This document shows, one piece after another, positions 46,993-55,623 of a stretch of DNA of 58,059 nt. How positions within the stretch are numbered: the stretch's first letter is position 1; each line of letters begins with the position of its first letter. The notes under the pieces are model-generated. The model saw nothing but the letters and a program-made list of their open reading frames with translations. It was not told the origin of the DNA and searched no databases. Origin of the DNA: Patescibacteria group bacterium. GTDB taxonomy: Bacteria > Patescibacteriota > Patescibacteriia > UBA2591 > JAQWAS01. The position numbers and the translations under genes are program-made. The stretch spans positions 3,439 to 61,497 of the forward strand of contig JAQWAS010000002.1 in assembly GCA_028707495.1 (NCBI GenBank), read 5' to 3'.

Positions 46993-47101
46993 CTAATGTT
47001 ATTTGATTCTGTCTTTTTTTAAATCCCCCTTAAGATTAATATATGTTTAAAAGCACTTCCATGTGGGTTACCTTTAATCAATTTTAATCTTGGTTAAATA
47101 A

Positions 47102-47476
47102 TTACATTTTTATTTCTATATCTACTCCAGCCGGCAAATTCAAACTGGTCAAAGATTCAATCGTTTTGGCTGTCGGATTAATAATATCAATAAAACGCTT
47201 ATGGGTTCTAATTTCAAATTGTTCACGACTATCTTTGTGCACAAAAGTAGAACGCAAAGTCGTGTAACGTCTTTTTTCTGTCGGCAAGGGAATGGGTCCT
47301 CTAATCTGAGCCCCGGTTCTCTGAGCAATATCAATAATCGACTTAGTTGATTGATCAATAATTTTATGATCGTAAGCCTTAATTTTAATCCTAATTTTTT
47401 GTTGTTCAGGATTTTTTGATTCGCTCTTTTTAATTTGAATCTTTGATTTTTTAGGTTCTTTCAATTCTGCTACCAT
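47102..47476 (-). CDS. rpsJ: 30S ribosomal protein S10 (N-terminal Lys-rich extension)
   Basis: The core motif [17 protein letters not shown] is present. Confidence 0.95.
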   Translation of the reverse strand: MVAELKEPKKSKIQIKKSESKNPEQQKIRIKIKAYDHKIIDQSTKSIIDIAQRTGAQIRGPIPLPTEKRRYTTLRSTFVHKDSREQFEIRTHKRFIDIINPTAKTIESLTSLNLPAGVDIEIKM

Positions 47477-47519
47477 GTTAATTTTTCAGAATAAAAAATA
47501 ATTAGTTATAAAGCATACT

Positions 47520-47547
47520 CAACATCCCGATATAAATCGGGATGTTG
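47520..47547 (-). promoter_or_regulatory. 11-bp stem hairpin between tuf and rpsJ
   Basis: caacatcccga-tataaa-tcgggatgttg. No U-run immediately follows, so this could be a processing, stability or attenuation element. Confidence 0.45.
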
Positions 47548-47557
47548 GTATACATAT

Positions 47558-48745
47558 TTATTTAATAATTTTAGTAACTACACCTGCTCCAACGGTTCGG
47601 CCGCCTTCGCGAATGGCAAATTTTAACTTTTCTTCCATAGCAATTGGTGCAATTAATTTAATTTTTAAGTTAACGGTATCACCCGGCATAACCATTTCTT
47701 TGCCTTCAGGAATTTCAACGTCTCCAGTTACATCGGTTGTGCGGATATAAAATTGTGGTTTGTAGCCTTTGAAAAATGGCGTATGACGACCACCTTCGTC
47801 TTTAGATAAAATATAGACTTCGGCTTCAAACTCAGTGTGAGGAGTAATTGATCCTGGTTTACAAATAATCTGACCTCTCTCAACGTCGTCCTTTTTAATA
47901 CCCCTTAACAAAATACCTGCATTATCACCAGCCTGACCTTCGTCTAAAGATTTTTTAAACATTTCGATGCCAGTTACAACAGTTTTAACGGTATCGCGAA
48001 TACCTACAATTTCAATTTCGTCATTTAAATTAACCTTGCCTCTTTCGATTCTACCAGTTACTACAGTCCCACGACCTTCAATTGAAAAAATGTCTTCAAT
48101 TGGCATTAAAAATGGTTTTTCAATATCGCGTTGTGGATCAGGTATATATTCATCAATTTTGTTTATTAATTCCATAATGGCATCACCATATTGACCATTG
48201 GGATCTTCAATAGCTTTTAATGCTGAACCACGAACAATTGGTGTTTCGTCGCCAGGAAAATTATATTTTTTAAGTAAGTCCCTGACTTCTTCTTCAACTA
48301 AGTCAACTAATTCTGGATCTTCAACTTGATCAGTTTTGTTGATGAAAACAACCATAGCTGGTACACCAACTTGACCGGCTAATAAAATGTGTTCTCGAGT
48401 TTGTGGCATCGGACCATCAGTTGCAGAGACGACTAAAATAGCTCCGTCCATTTGAGCTGCACCAGTAATCATATTTTTAACATAGTCGGCATGTCCTGGA
48501 CAATCAATGTGAGCATAATGTTTTTTTGCTGTTTCATATTCTACATGAGTTGTTGCAATTGTAATACCACGCTCTCTCTCTTCTGGAGCATTATCAATTT
48601 GATCAACTGATTTTTCTTGAGCAGTTAATCCTTTGGCGGCCAAAACTTTTAAAATTGCCGCAGTTAAAGTTGTTTTACCATGATCGACGTGACCAATGGT
48701 ACCAATATTAAGATGAGGTTTATTTCTCTCAAATTTTTCTGCCAT
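47558..48745 (-). CDS. tuf: elongation factor Tu
   Basis: The [18 protein letters not shown] and NKTD motifs are present. Confidence 0.98.
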   Translation of the reverse strand: MAEKFERNKPHLNIGTIGHVDHGKTTLTAAILKVLAAKGLTAQEKSVDQIDNAPEERERGITIATTHVEYETAKKHYAHIDCPGHADYVKNMITGAAQMDGAILVVSATDGPMPQTREHILLAGQVGVPAMVVFINKTDQVEDPELVDLVEEEVRDLLKKYNFPGDETPIVRGSALKAIEDPNGQYGDAIMELINKIDEYIPDPQRDIEKPFLMPIEDIFSIEGRGTVVTGRIERGKVNLNDEIEIVGIRDTVKTVVTGIEMFKKSLDEGQAGDNAGILLRGIKKDDVERGQIICKPGSITPHTEFEAEVYILSKDEGGRHTPFFKGYKPQFYIRTTDVTGDVEIPEGKEMVMPGDTVNLKIKLIAPIAMEEKLKFAIREGGRTVGAGVVTKIIK

Positions 48746-48815
48746 ATTTTTTTATTTAATGTTAATTAAATTATTTTTTAAAAAGATATTAATTATTATA
48801 TATTAAATTGAAAAA

Positions 48816-49154
48816 TTATTCAAGTGGTTCAGGGTAATAAATTTCTTGACTGGTAATTTCAGAAAAATATTTTTCTTTAAAACTCTGACTTTTATTATTT
48901 TTATTATTTAATTCTAAATCCAACCCGTCTAAAGCTTCTTCTTCTTCCAAGGTTTTCAACAGTGCAATTTCTCTGTTTATTTTATCTAATAGTTGTTGCC
49001 TTGTCAAGTCTAAACCTGAATTATTTGGGGATAACATTTTTTTGTAAACTTCCATACCCAGAATAACACAGGCTGGCCGGTCATCTTTTAAAACAATTAA
49101 TTTGTCTTGCGGTTGAATTAAATTAATAATTTCATTTATTGATGATTCTCCCAT
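48816..49154 (-). CDS. hypothetical protein with a Phd/YefM-antitoxin-like N-terminus (112 aa)
   Basis: The N-terminus reads INEIINLIQPQDKLIVLKDDRPACVILGMEVYKKML, followed by an acidic/coiled tail. The gene lies between fusA and tuf. Confidence 0.6.
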   Translation of the reverse strand: MGESSINEIINLIQPQDKLIVLKDDRPACVILGMEVYKKMLSPNNSGLDLTRQQLLDKINREIALLKTLEEEEALDGLDLELNNKNNKSQSFKEKYFSEITSQEIYYPEPLE

Positions 49155-49181
49155 ATTTTATTTTTAAATTAATTTATTTAT

Positions 49182-49209
49182 ATAATAATATTTTAAATAA
49201 AAAAGTCAA
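49182..49209 (-). promoter_or_regulatory. candidate internal promoter downstream of fusA
   Basis: On the minus strand, TTGACT (49209-49204), a 16-nt spacer, then TATTAT (49187-49182). Confidence 0.4.
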
Positions 49210-49214
49210 GTTAA

Positions 49215-51305
49215 TTATTTTTTACCTTCGATAATAGCAGTCACAACATTTTGTGGAACAGGATCATAATGAGAAAATTCCATAGTATAACTGGCCCGAC
49301 CCTGAGTCATAGATCTTAATTGTGTAGCATAACCAAACATTTCAGCCAAGGGTACAATACCATCAACAACCTTAGATTGACCACGATCTTTCATTTCTTT
49401 AATTTGCGCGCGTTTGGAATTTAAATCTCCAATCACATCCCCCATAAAATCTTCTGGCGTAATCACTTCGACTTTCATAATTGGTTCTAATAAAACTGGT
49501 TTAGCTTTTTTAAATCCATCATTAATGGCGCGAGAAGCAGCAATTTTGAAGGCCACCTCTGAAGAATCGACATCGTGATATGAACCATCAAAAACTGTTA
49601 CTTTCACATCAACAATTTGATAACCAGCTAAAACGCCATTAGCTAATGCTTCCTTAACGCCCTTTTCAATTGCTGGTACGAATTCTTGTGGAATAGCTCC
49701 ACCTTTTAATTCATTAGCAAATTCAAAACCTTGACCTCGTTCTTGTGGCTCAAGTCTTAAATAACAATGACCATACTGTCCACGACCACCAGACTGATGA
49801 ACATATTTACCCTCAGCCTCAGCCATGGCTGTAATAGTTTCGCGGTAAGCTACTTGAGTTTTGCCCGTGTTAGCTTCAACTTTAAATTCGCGTCTCATCC
49901 GATCAACAATAATGTCAAGGTGTAATTCGCCCATGCCCGAAATAACAGTTTGACCAGTTTCTTCATCAATTTTAATTTTAAAAGTTGGATCTTCTTCAGC
50001 TAAACGTTGCAAGGCAACTCCCATTTTTTCTTGGTCAGCTTTAGTTTTAGGTTCAACAGCAACAGAAATAACTGGATCAGGAAAAGTAATTGATTCTAAT
50101 ACAATGGGTTTTTCTGGATCACACAATGTATCTCCGGTAGTAGTGTTTTTTAAACCAACTGCTGCTGCTATTTCTCCGGCAAAAATTTGATCAACTTCTT
50201 CACGATGATTAGCGTGCATTCTAACAATACGACCAATTCTTTCTTTATCGCCTGTTGTTGTATTTAAAACATATGAACCTGCCTCTAATTTTCCAGAATA
50301 AACTCGAAAAAAACTTAGCTTACCCACATATGGATCAGTGGCAATTTTAAAAGCTAAAGCACAAAAAGGTGCATCATCTTCAGTTTTTCTAATCATCTCT
50401 GATTCATCTTTAAGGTTTTTACCTTTAATATCTGGCAATTCTAGAGGATTAGGTAAATAATCAACAATAGCATCTAATAAAAATTGGACACCTTTATTTT
50501 TTAAAGCCGATCCACATAAAATGGGAATAATTTTATTTCCAATAACTGCTTTACGTAAAGTTCTTTTTAAATCTTCTATTGAAATATCTTGACCTTCTAA
50601 ATATTGATTCATTAAATTTTCGTCCTGCTCAACAATGGCCTCAACCAACTTATGTCTAAATTCTTCTGCCTTTTCTTTAATGTCTTCTGGAATTTCAGTT
50701 TTTTCAATTTCTCTTCCCATTTCATCTTTATATATTTCGGCTTTCATTTCAAATAAATCCACAATACCCTGAAAAGTTTCACCGGCACCAATTGGCAATT
50801 GTACCGGATAAGCATGGGGATTTAAACGCTCATGAATAGATTTAACGTCATAGTAAAAATCTGCACCCATACGATCCATTTTATTTATAAAAGCAATTAA
50901 GGGTACGGAAAATTTTTCGGCTTGATGATAAACTGTTTCTGACTGTGGCTCAACTCCAGCTACACCATCAAAAACTAAGACGCCACCATCTAAAACCCTT
51001 AAAGATCTTTGAACTTCAACCGTAAAATCAATATGGCCGGGAGTATCAATAATATTAATTTGACATTTTTTGTCTTGTGGCTCTAGTGGCCAAAAACAGG
51101 TTGTAGCTGCAGAAGTAATTGTAATTCCTCGCTCCCTTTCTTGTTCCATCCAATCCATTTCGGCCCCACCCTCATGGGTTTCACCTATTTTATGTTTTTT
51201 GCCTGTATAATATAAAATACGTTCAGAAACGGTTGTTTTTCCAGCATCAATATGGGCAATAATTCCAATATTACGAATTTTTTCTAAAGGAAATTGTCTA
51301 AGCAT
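49215..51305 (-). CDS. fusA: elongation factor G
   Basis: The [17 protein letters not shown] and NKMD motifs are present in a full-length 696-aa protein. Confidence 0.98.
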   Translation of the reverse strand: MLRQFPLEKIRNIGIIAHIDAGKTTVSERILYYTGKKHKIGETHEGGAEMDWMEQERERGITITSAATTCFWPLEPQDKKCQINIIDTPGHIDFTVEVQRSLRVLDGGVLVFDGVAGVEPQSETVYHQAEKFSVPLIAFINKMDRMGADFYYDVKSIHERLNPHAYPVQLPIGAGETFQGIVDLFEMKAEIYKDEMGREIEKTEIPEDIKEKAEEFRHKLVEAIVEQDENLMNQYLEGQDISIEDLKRTLRKAVIGNKIIPILCGSALKNKGVQFLLDAIVDYLPNPLELPDIKGKNLKDESEMIRKTEDDAPFCALAFKIATDPYVGKLSFFRVYSGKLEAGSYVLNTTTGDKERIGRIVRMHANHREEVDQIFAGEIAAAVGLKNTTTGDTLCDPEKPIVLESITFPDPVISVAVEPKTKADQEKMGVALQRLAEEDPTFKIKIDEETGQTVISGMGELHLDIIVDRMRREFKVEANTGKTQVAYRETITAMAEAEGKYVHQSGGRGQYGHCYLRLEPQERGQGFEFANELKGGAIPQEFVPAIEKGVKEALANGVLAGYQIVDVKVTVFDGSYHDVDSSEVAFKIAASRAINDGFKKAKPVLLEPIMKVEVITPEDFMGDVIGDLNSKRAQIKEMKDRGQSKVVDGIVPLAEMFGYATQLRSMTQGRASYTMEFSHYDPVPQNVVTAIIEGKK

Positions 51306-51354
51306 GATAAATAATAAAAAATTAAAAAAATAAGTTTAAAAAATAAAATAAAAG

Positions 51355-51822
51355 CTATCTAGCAAAGTGCGCAAAAGCCTTATTAGCCTGAGCAGACTTA
51401 AAGACTTCTTCTTTCTTTTTAATAGCTGCCCCCTCTTCATTGGCAGCCGCCATTAATTCTGAAGCTAATTTTTCTGCCATTGGTTGCCCCTTTTTTGTTT
51501 TGGCCGCACCAATAATCCAACGCAAAGATAAAGTTAATTTACGATCGCCTCGAACTGGAAAAGGAATTTGATAGTTAGCTCCACCAACTCTTTTGGTTCT
51601 AACTTCGACATCTGGACCAACATTTTTTAAAGCTAAATCAAAAATGTCTAAAGGATTTTTGCTTGTTTTTTGACTGATAATATCAAAAGCTTGATAGATA
51701 ATTTTTTGGGCTACACTTTTTTTACCCCGAGACATAATGTGATTAATTAATTTAGCGACTGTTACGCTACTAAATTTGGGATCTGGAATAATATCTCTTT
51801 TTTTAGCTTTTTTTCCTCTCAT
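51355..51822 (-). CDS. rpsG: 30S ribosomal protein S7
   Basis: The PDPKFSSVTVAKLIN motif and the KAFAHFAR C-terminus are present. Confidence 0.97.
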   Translation of the reverse strand: MRGKKAKKRDIIPDPKFSSVTVAKLINHIMSRGKKSVAQKIIYQAFDIISQKTSKNPLDIFDLALKNVGPDVEVRTKRVGGANYQIPFPVRGDRKLTLSLRWIIGAAKTKKGQPMAEKLASELMAAANEEGAAIKKKEEVFKSAQANKAFAHFAR

Positions 51823-51859
51823 ATTAGATTATTTAATTTAATAATAATTTAATTTAAAT

Positions 51860-52309
51860 TTATTCTTCACTCTTTGCTTTGCCCTTGGTGACTTTGGCGC
51901 CCTTTTTGGCTCCATATAAACTTCGTCCTTGTTGGCGATTGGCAACACCCGTAGTATCATAAACTCCCCGCACCACATGATAACGCACACCAGGCAAATC
52001 TTTAACTCTACCACCTCGAACCAAAACCACTGAATATTCTTGTAAATTATGGCCAATACCTGGAATATAAGCTGTCACCTCTTCACCTGAAGATAATTTA
52101 ACCCTGGCCACTTTACGTAAAGCTGAGTTTGGTTTTTTAGGAGTAACTGTTGTGACCTTAGTACAGACACCTCGTTGAAAAGGTGATCCTTTTGCTATTT
52201 CTTTAGTCTTACGTTTTAAAGTATTTAAACGTTTACGCAAAGCTGGCGTTTTCGGTTTTTTAGATTTTGATTTCCTACCTTTACGGACTAATTGATTAAT
52301 TGTTGGCAT
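51860..52309 (-). CDS. rpsL: 30S ribosomal protein S12
   Basis: The protein begins [12 protein letters not shown] and carries the [14 protein letters not shown] motif. Confidence 0.97.
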   Translation of the reverse strand: MPTINQLVRKGRKSKSKKPKTPALRKRLNTLKRKTKEIAKGSPFQRGVCTKVTTVTPKKPNSALRKVARVKLSSGEEVTAYIPGIGHNLQEYSVVLVRGGRVKDLPGVRYHVVRGVYDTTGVANRQQGRSLYGAKKGAKVTKGKAKSEE

Positions 52310-52350
52310 ACTATAATGATTTTAAAAATAATAAAAAAAGAATTTGTATA

Positions 52351-52379
52351 AATATACTACATGTAAATTTTCATGTCAA
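52351..52379 (-). promoter_or_regulatory. sigma70-like promoter of the str operon
   Basis: On the minus strand, TTGACA (52379-52374), a 17-nt spacer, then TATATT (52356-52351). Confidence 0.5.
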
Positions 52380-52434
52380 GTAAAATATGTAATTTGGTAT
52401 TAAATATTAAAAATTTTTATTAATTTAAACCTTA

Positions 52435-53064
52435 TTACAGAATAAATAAATTATGGATGATATTAATAAAAAAGTCAAATATGCCAGTTAAAATTCCGTC
52501 ACCCAAAAAAACTAAAGCGATCAAAACAAAGACGCCATAGCGTTCAAAATTAATTTTAAAATCAGCCATGGAATCTGGAATAACAGCTAACAAAACTTTT
52601 GAACCATCCAGTGGCGGAATGGGAATTAAATTAAACACCATTAATAAAGTGTTGATAATTAATAATAAATATAAAAAATTAAATAAAGCATTTTCATAAC
52701 CTAAGCCCAAAAATGGATAAACAAATCGCATGATTAAACCAATCAAAATTAAAAAAATTAAATTGGAAGCTGGCCCAGCTAGGGCAACTAAACTCGGACC
52801 CCATTTTTGATTTTTTAAATTGTAGGGATTAAACGGCACGGGTTTGCCCCAACCAAAACCGACAAAAAATAAAAAAATAGTTCCCGTTAAATCTAAGTGA
52901 GCTAAGGGATTTAAAGTCAAACGTCCCATATTTTTCCCAGTTGGATCGCCTAAATAAAAAGCCGCCGCCGCGTGGGCGAATTCATGTATTGTGATGGCTA
53001 ATAAAATCGCCACTATCCACATCACAAACATTAATGGATTGGATAACAAACTACTGATTAACAT
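52435..53064 (-). CDS. site-2 protease family (M50-like) membrane metalloprotease
   Basis: The HEFAHAAAA (HExxH) motif lies in a TM helix. The protein is polytopic, and LDGSK is present near the C-terminal half. Confidence 0.8.
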   Translation of the reverse strand: MLISSLLSNPLMFVMWIVAILLAITIHEFAHAAAAFYLGDPTGKNMGRLTLNPLAHLDLTGTIFLFFVGFGWGKPVPFNPYNLKNQKWGPSLVALAGPASNLIFLILIGLIMRFVYPFLGLGYENALFNFLYLLLIINTLLMVFNLIPIPPLDGSKVLLAVIPDSMADFKINFERYGVFVLIALVFLGDGILTGIFDFFINIIHNLFIL

Positions 53065-53195
53065 ATATTTTATTTTAACATAAAATTCTAAAATTACAAA
53101 TTCGCAATCCTAAATCCGAAATAAATTTTAAATTAAAAATTTTAAAATCCAAAATTAAATACAAGCATTTGTTGTATTACGAAGGTACTAAGTTA

Positions 53196-53224
53196 TTGAC
53201 AAAAAAACCATTACAAATTAAGAT
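53196..53224 (+). promoter_or_regulatory. sigma70-like promoter of cassette 5
   Basis: TTGACA (53196-53201), a 17-nt spacer, then TAAGAT (53219-53224). Confidence 0.5.
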
Positions 53225-53298
53225 GTCTATATTGTACATCAACAATTTAACTTCGAAAATCAAACAAAAAACGTGTTCCCTAAAAACAAGGAGGAAAA

Positions 53299-53868
53299 AT
53301 GTTATACAGAATCCCAATCATTAAGAGATCTATGCAAATTGGTCAGGGATCGAATGTAAAATGTCGTCACATCGACCAGGTTGGTATCTTTGTCTGTTAT
53401 GATACAGAGAATCAACTTAATTTGGAAATCATCCGATACCACCTACCGGCTAAAACAAGAGGATTCCGTCTTGTTGAGGCTGATAACCCCAAGGAGGCGT
53501 TGGAAAAATTTTTCAATGAACAAGAAGGGGCTAAGATCGGTGGTGAGGGAGAAGAAAACAAAGCCCTATGGATTAATAGGGAAATTCCCATCCAAGAACT
53601 TCCCTCTTGTAAGTTATTACACAAAAACAAGAAGGGAGAATTCATCTGTGGAGAGCCCACAGAAGATGGATCAGGAGAAATCGGTATGTGCATACTAGAA
53701 GGAGATGATCCTCCTTCTTTTTGCCCCTTGTCTCCTTTCTTCGATCGGCTTTCCAAATTGGAGTTATCCGAATTAGAAAGGGGTGAAGGAAAAATACCAA
53801 CAGAAACAATCCAAGGGGGTTACCGACTCGTTAGACCTAAAGATATTATGACAACTTCACTCGCGTAA
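53299..53868 (+). CDS. hypothetical protein (cassette 5, 189 aa)
   Basis: AAGGAGG lies 4 nt upstream of the ATG. The region is GC-richer than its neighbours, and all three overlapping frames are open, which is a compositional effect. I recognise no motif. Confidence 0.7.
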   Translation: MLYRIPIIKRSMQIGQGSNVKCRHIDQVGIFVCYDTENQLNLEIIRYHLPAKTRGFRLVEADNPKEALEKFFNEQEGAKIGGEGEENKALWINREIPIQELPSCKLLHKNKKGEFICGEPTEDGSGEIGMCILEGDDPPSFCPLSPFFDRLSKLELSELERGEGKIPTETIQGGYRLVRPKDIMTTSLA

Positions 53869-53883
53869 GCGTGTAAAAAATAA

Positions 53884-53908
53884 GGCCGGCATCCGTCGGC
53901 CCTTTTTA
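53884..53908 (+). terminator. intrinsic terminator of cassette 5
   Basis: GGCCGG-catccg-TCGGCC is followed by CTTTTT. Confidence 0.65.
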
Positions 53909-53980
53909 TTATTTAAAAATTAATTTTTAAATTACCTAAATCTAAATGTTTATTTTAAAACCAACACCTAATGTGCTTAA

Positions 53981-54192
53981 CCCTGGATCCCGCATCAAGT
54001 GCGGGATGACGAACGCGTCATTCCCGGCTTAACCGGGAATCCAGTGTTAATCGCTTTTAACTTCTCTCTAAAAAATCTTTTAAATTTAACAAAGCTTATT
54101 CTAAAAAATAAGAATCCCCATATTAATTCTAGATCCCCAATCAAGTTGAGGATGACACAAAACCCTGGATCCCGCATCAAGTGTGGGATGAC
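53981..54192. repeat. hairpin-repeat cluster 4 (same family)
   Basis: Units lie at 53981-54010 and 54163-54192 (30 nt each, 29/30 identical, direct). Further units lie at 54017-54044 (opposite orientation) and 54131-54157. Confidence 0.85.
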
Positions 54193-54275
54193 GATTGAAG
54201 TTGTTTTTCTATTTTTATGTTTTTATGTTCTTTTGTCCTTTTGTTTAAATGTTTAAATGTTTATATGTACGGCTC

Positions 54276-54304
54276 TTGATTAAAATTTAAATCTACGCTA
54301 TAAT
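54276..54304 (+). promoter_or_regulatory. candidate rpmB promoter
   Basis: TTGATT (54276-54281), a 17-nt spacer, then TATAAT (54299-54304). Confidence 0.45.
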
Positions 54305-54336
54305 ATTTTCATAAATAATAATCTTATATAAATTAT

Positions 54337-54510
54337 ATGTCCAGACAATGTGATGTATGTGGTCGCACGGCTCTACGCGGTAATATCCGCAGTCATGCTA
54401 ATAACAAAACTAAACACCGTCAACATTTAAATTTACAAAGCAAAACTCTTGACGGCAAAAAAGTTAAAATCTGCACCAAGTGCATCAAAACCTTAAATAA
54501 AAATAAATAA
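54337..54510 (+). CDS. rpmB: 50S ribosomal protein L28 (57 aa, below the ORF-track cutoff)
   Basis: Manual translation gives MSRQCDVCGRTALRGNIRSHANNKTKHRQHLNLQSK...CTKCIK. This matches the L28 signature (MSR.C...GK....GN..SHA.N.TKR) in its zinc-ribbon form. Confidence 0.85.
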   Translation: MSRQCDVCGRTALRGNIRSHANNKTKHRQHLNLQSKTLDGKKVKICTKCIKTLNKNK

Positions 54511-54514
54511 GTTT

Positions 54515-54973
54515 ATGAAAAACAAATTTATTTTGTTTTCACTTTTAATTGGCAGTCTGTTTTTTTTAAGCGCTTGTGGCCAATCGTCCAATTCAAAACA
54601 AAAAGTGATTTTTTATAAAGACGATCACAAAGTTGTTACTATTCAAACTGAGGTTGTTGATACTCCAGAAAAACAAACTCAAGGTTTAATGTACCGCCAA
54701 GAATTGAAAGATGACGAGGGCATGCTATTTGTTTTTGAAAATACCGACATCCGTAGCTTTTGGATGAAAAATATGAATTTCTCAATTGACATTATTTATA
54801 TTGATGAAAATTTTAAAGTTGTTTCTATTATTAAAGAAGCTCCACCCTGCACTCACAAACCATGTGGTAGTTATAATTCTTTACAACCCGCTCAATACGT
54901 AGTTGAAGTTCCAGCTGGTTTTAGTGATAGATATAAAATTGATAATCAATCGACGTTTATTAAAATTAAATAA
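54515..54973 (+). CDS. DUF192-family lipoprotein
   Basis: The lipobox is FLSAC. The QGLMYRQEL..EGMLFVF....FWMKNM.FSIDIIYID motif is present. Confidence 0.85.
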   Translation: MKNKFILFSLLIGSLFFLSACGQSSNSKQKVIFYKDDHKVVTIQTEVVDTPEKQTQGLMYRQELKDDEGMLFVFENTDIRSFWMKNMNFSIDIIYIDENFKVVSIIKEAPPCTHKPCGSYNSLQPAQYVVEVPAGFSDRYKIDNQSTFIKIK

Positions 54974-54987
54974 TTGTTATTCTAATC

Positions 54988-55016
54988 AATAAAGAACAAC
55001 TTAGTTCTTTATTTTG
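54988..55016 (+). terminator. terminator of the DUF192 gene
   Basis: AAAGAAC-aactta-GTTCTTT is followed by ATTTTG. Confidence 0.5.
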
Positions 55017-55298
55017 TTCTTTAAAAGGAGGTCTATTATTTGTTCAACAAAACAAGGTCAAAAATTTTTAACATACCAACTTTGTGCTGGTGTAAAATCT
55101 GATCTCGTAGCTACTGCTTTTGGAAAATTCAACGTCGTAGAAAAGGGTGGATCTTTTATTCACACATCAACCAACACTCGAATTGCTAGCTGGGGAAACC
55201 TAGATCATACACATATTTGTGTAGATGTTGAAAATCCTCTTTCAAAAGCAATTGCGTATTTAATAGAACCATTTTCGCAAAAATCTGAGCCCGCTTAA
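55014..55298 (+). CDS. hypothetical protein (cassette 6); start codon uncertain
   Basis: The ORF-track start is the TTG at 55014, but AGGAGG (55026-55031) lies inside that ORF. The best-placed in-frame codon is the ATT at 55038, 6 nt after the SD. There is no in-frame ATG or GTG nearby. Confidence 0.55.
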   Translation: MFFKRRSIICSTKQGQKFLTYQLCAGVKSDLVATAFGKFNVVEKGGSFIHTSTNTRIASWGNLDHTHICVDVENPLSKAIAYLIEPFSQKSEPA

Positions 55299-55321
55299 TT
55301 AGCGGGCTTGACTCTTTTTTT
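55289..55321 (+). terminator. intrinsic terminator of cassette 6
   Basis: AGCCCGCT-taat-AGCGGGCT is followed by TGACTCTTTTTT. The stop codon lies in the loop. Confidence 0.65.
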
Positions 55322-55374
55322 AAAAAAGATTAAGATAATTGCAGAACATTTCAACTTAGATCACTGGAGGGAGA

Positions 55375-55623
55375 ATGAATTTTAGAATCAACTTTATGCA
55401 GAACAACGCACACATCAAAACGCCTAAAGACGTTGAACAAAAACTAGCCGAGATTGGCATAATTAAAGAAGGTAGAAATCTTTTTTATAAAGGCAAGGAG
55501 GTCGGCACCTTTGCCGTCGCCGGTATTTTCGTCTTTCAAATTTGCGAAACCTCTCCTTATTTTTTAGAGATTCAAAATCTGTTAGATTCCTTTACTATCC
55601 CAACAGATACTAGTTCTCCTTAA
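55375..55623 (+). CDS. hypothetical protein (cassette 7, 82 aa)
   Basis: GGAGG lies 4 nt upstream of the ATG. I recognise no motif. Confidence 0.6.
   Translation: MNFRINFMQNNAHIKTPKDVEQKLAEIGIIKEGRNLFYKGKEVGTFAVAGIFVFQICETSPYFLEIQNLLDSFTIPTDTSSP

Noticed and set aside
53381-53756. Two additional ORFs (105 aa plus-strand, 114 aa minus-strand) overlap the cassette 5 CDS.
   Set aside because: Only the 53299 frame has an SD, an ATG and a terminator. The others are explained by the higher GC and lower stop-codon density of this cassette.
53995-54256. ORFs of 61 aa and 85 aa lie on opposite strands across hairpin cluster 4.
   Set aside because: The reasoning is the same as above. They are open frames created by the repeat composition, and they overlap each other.
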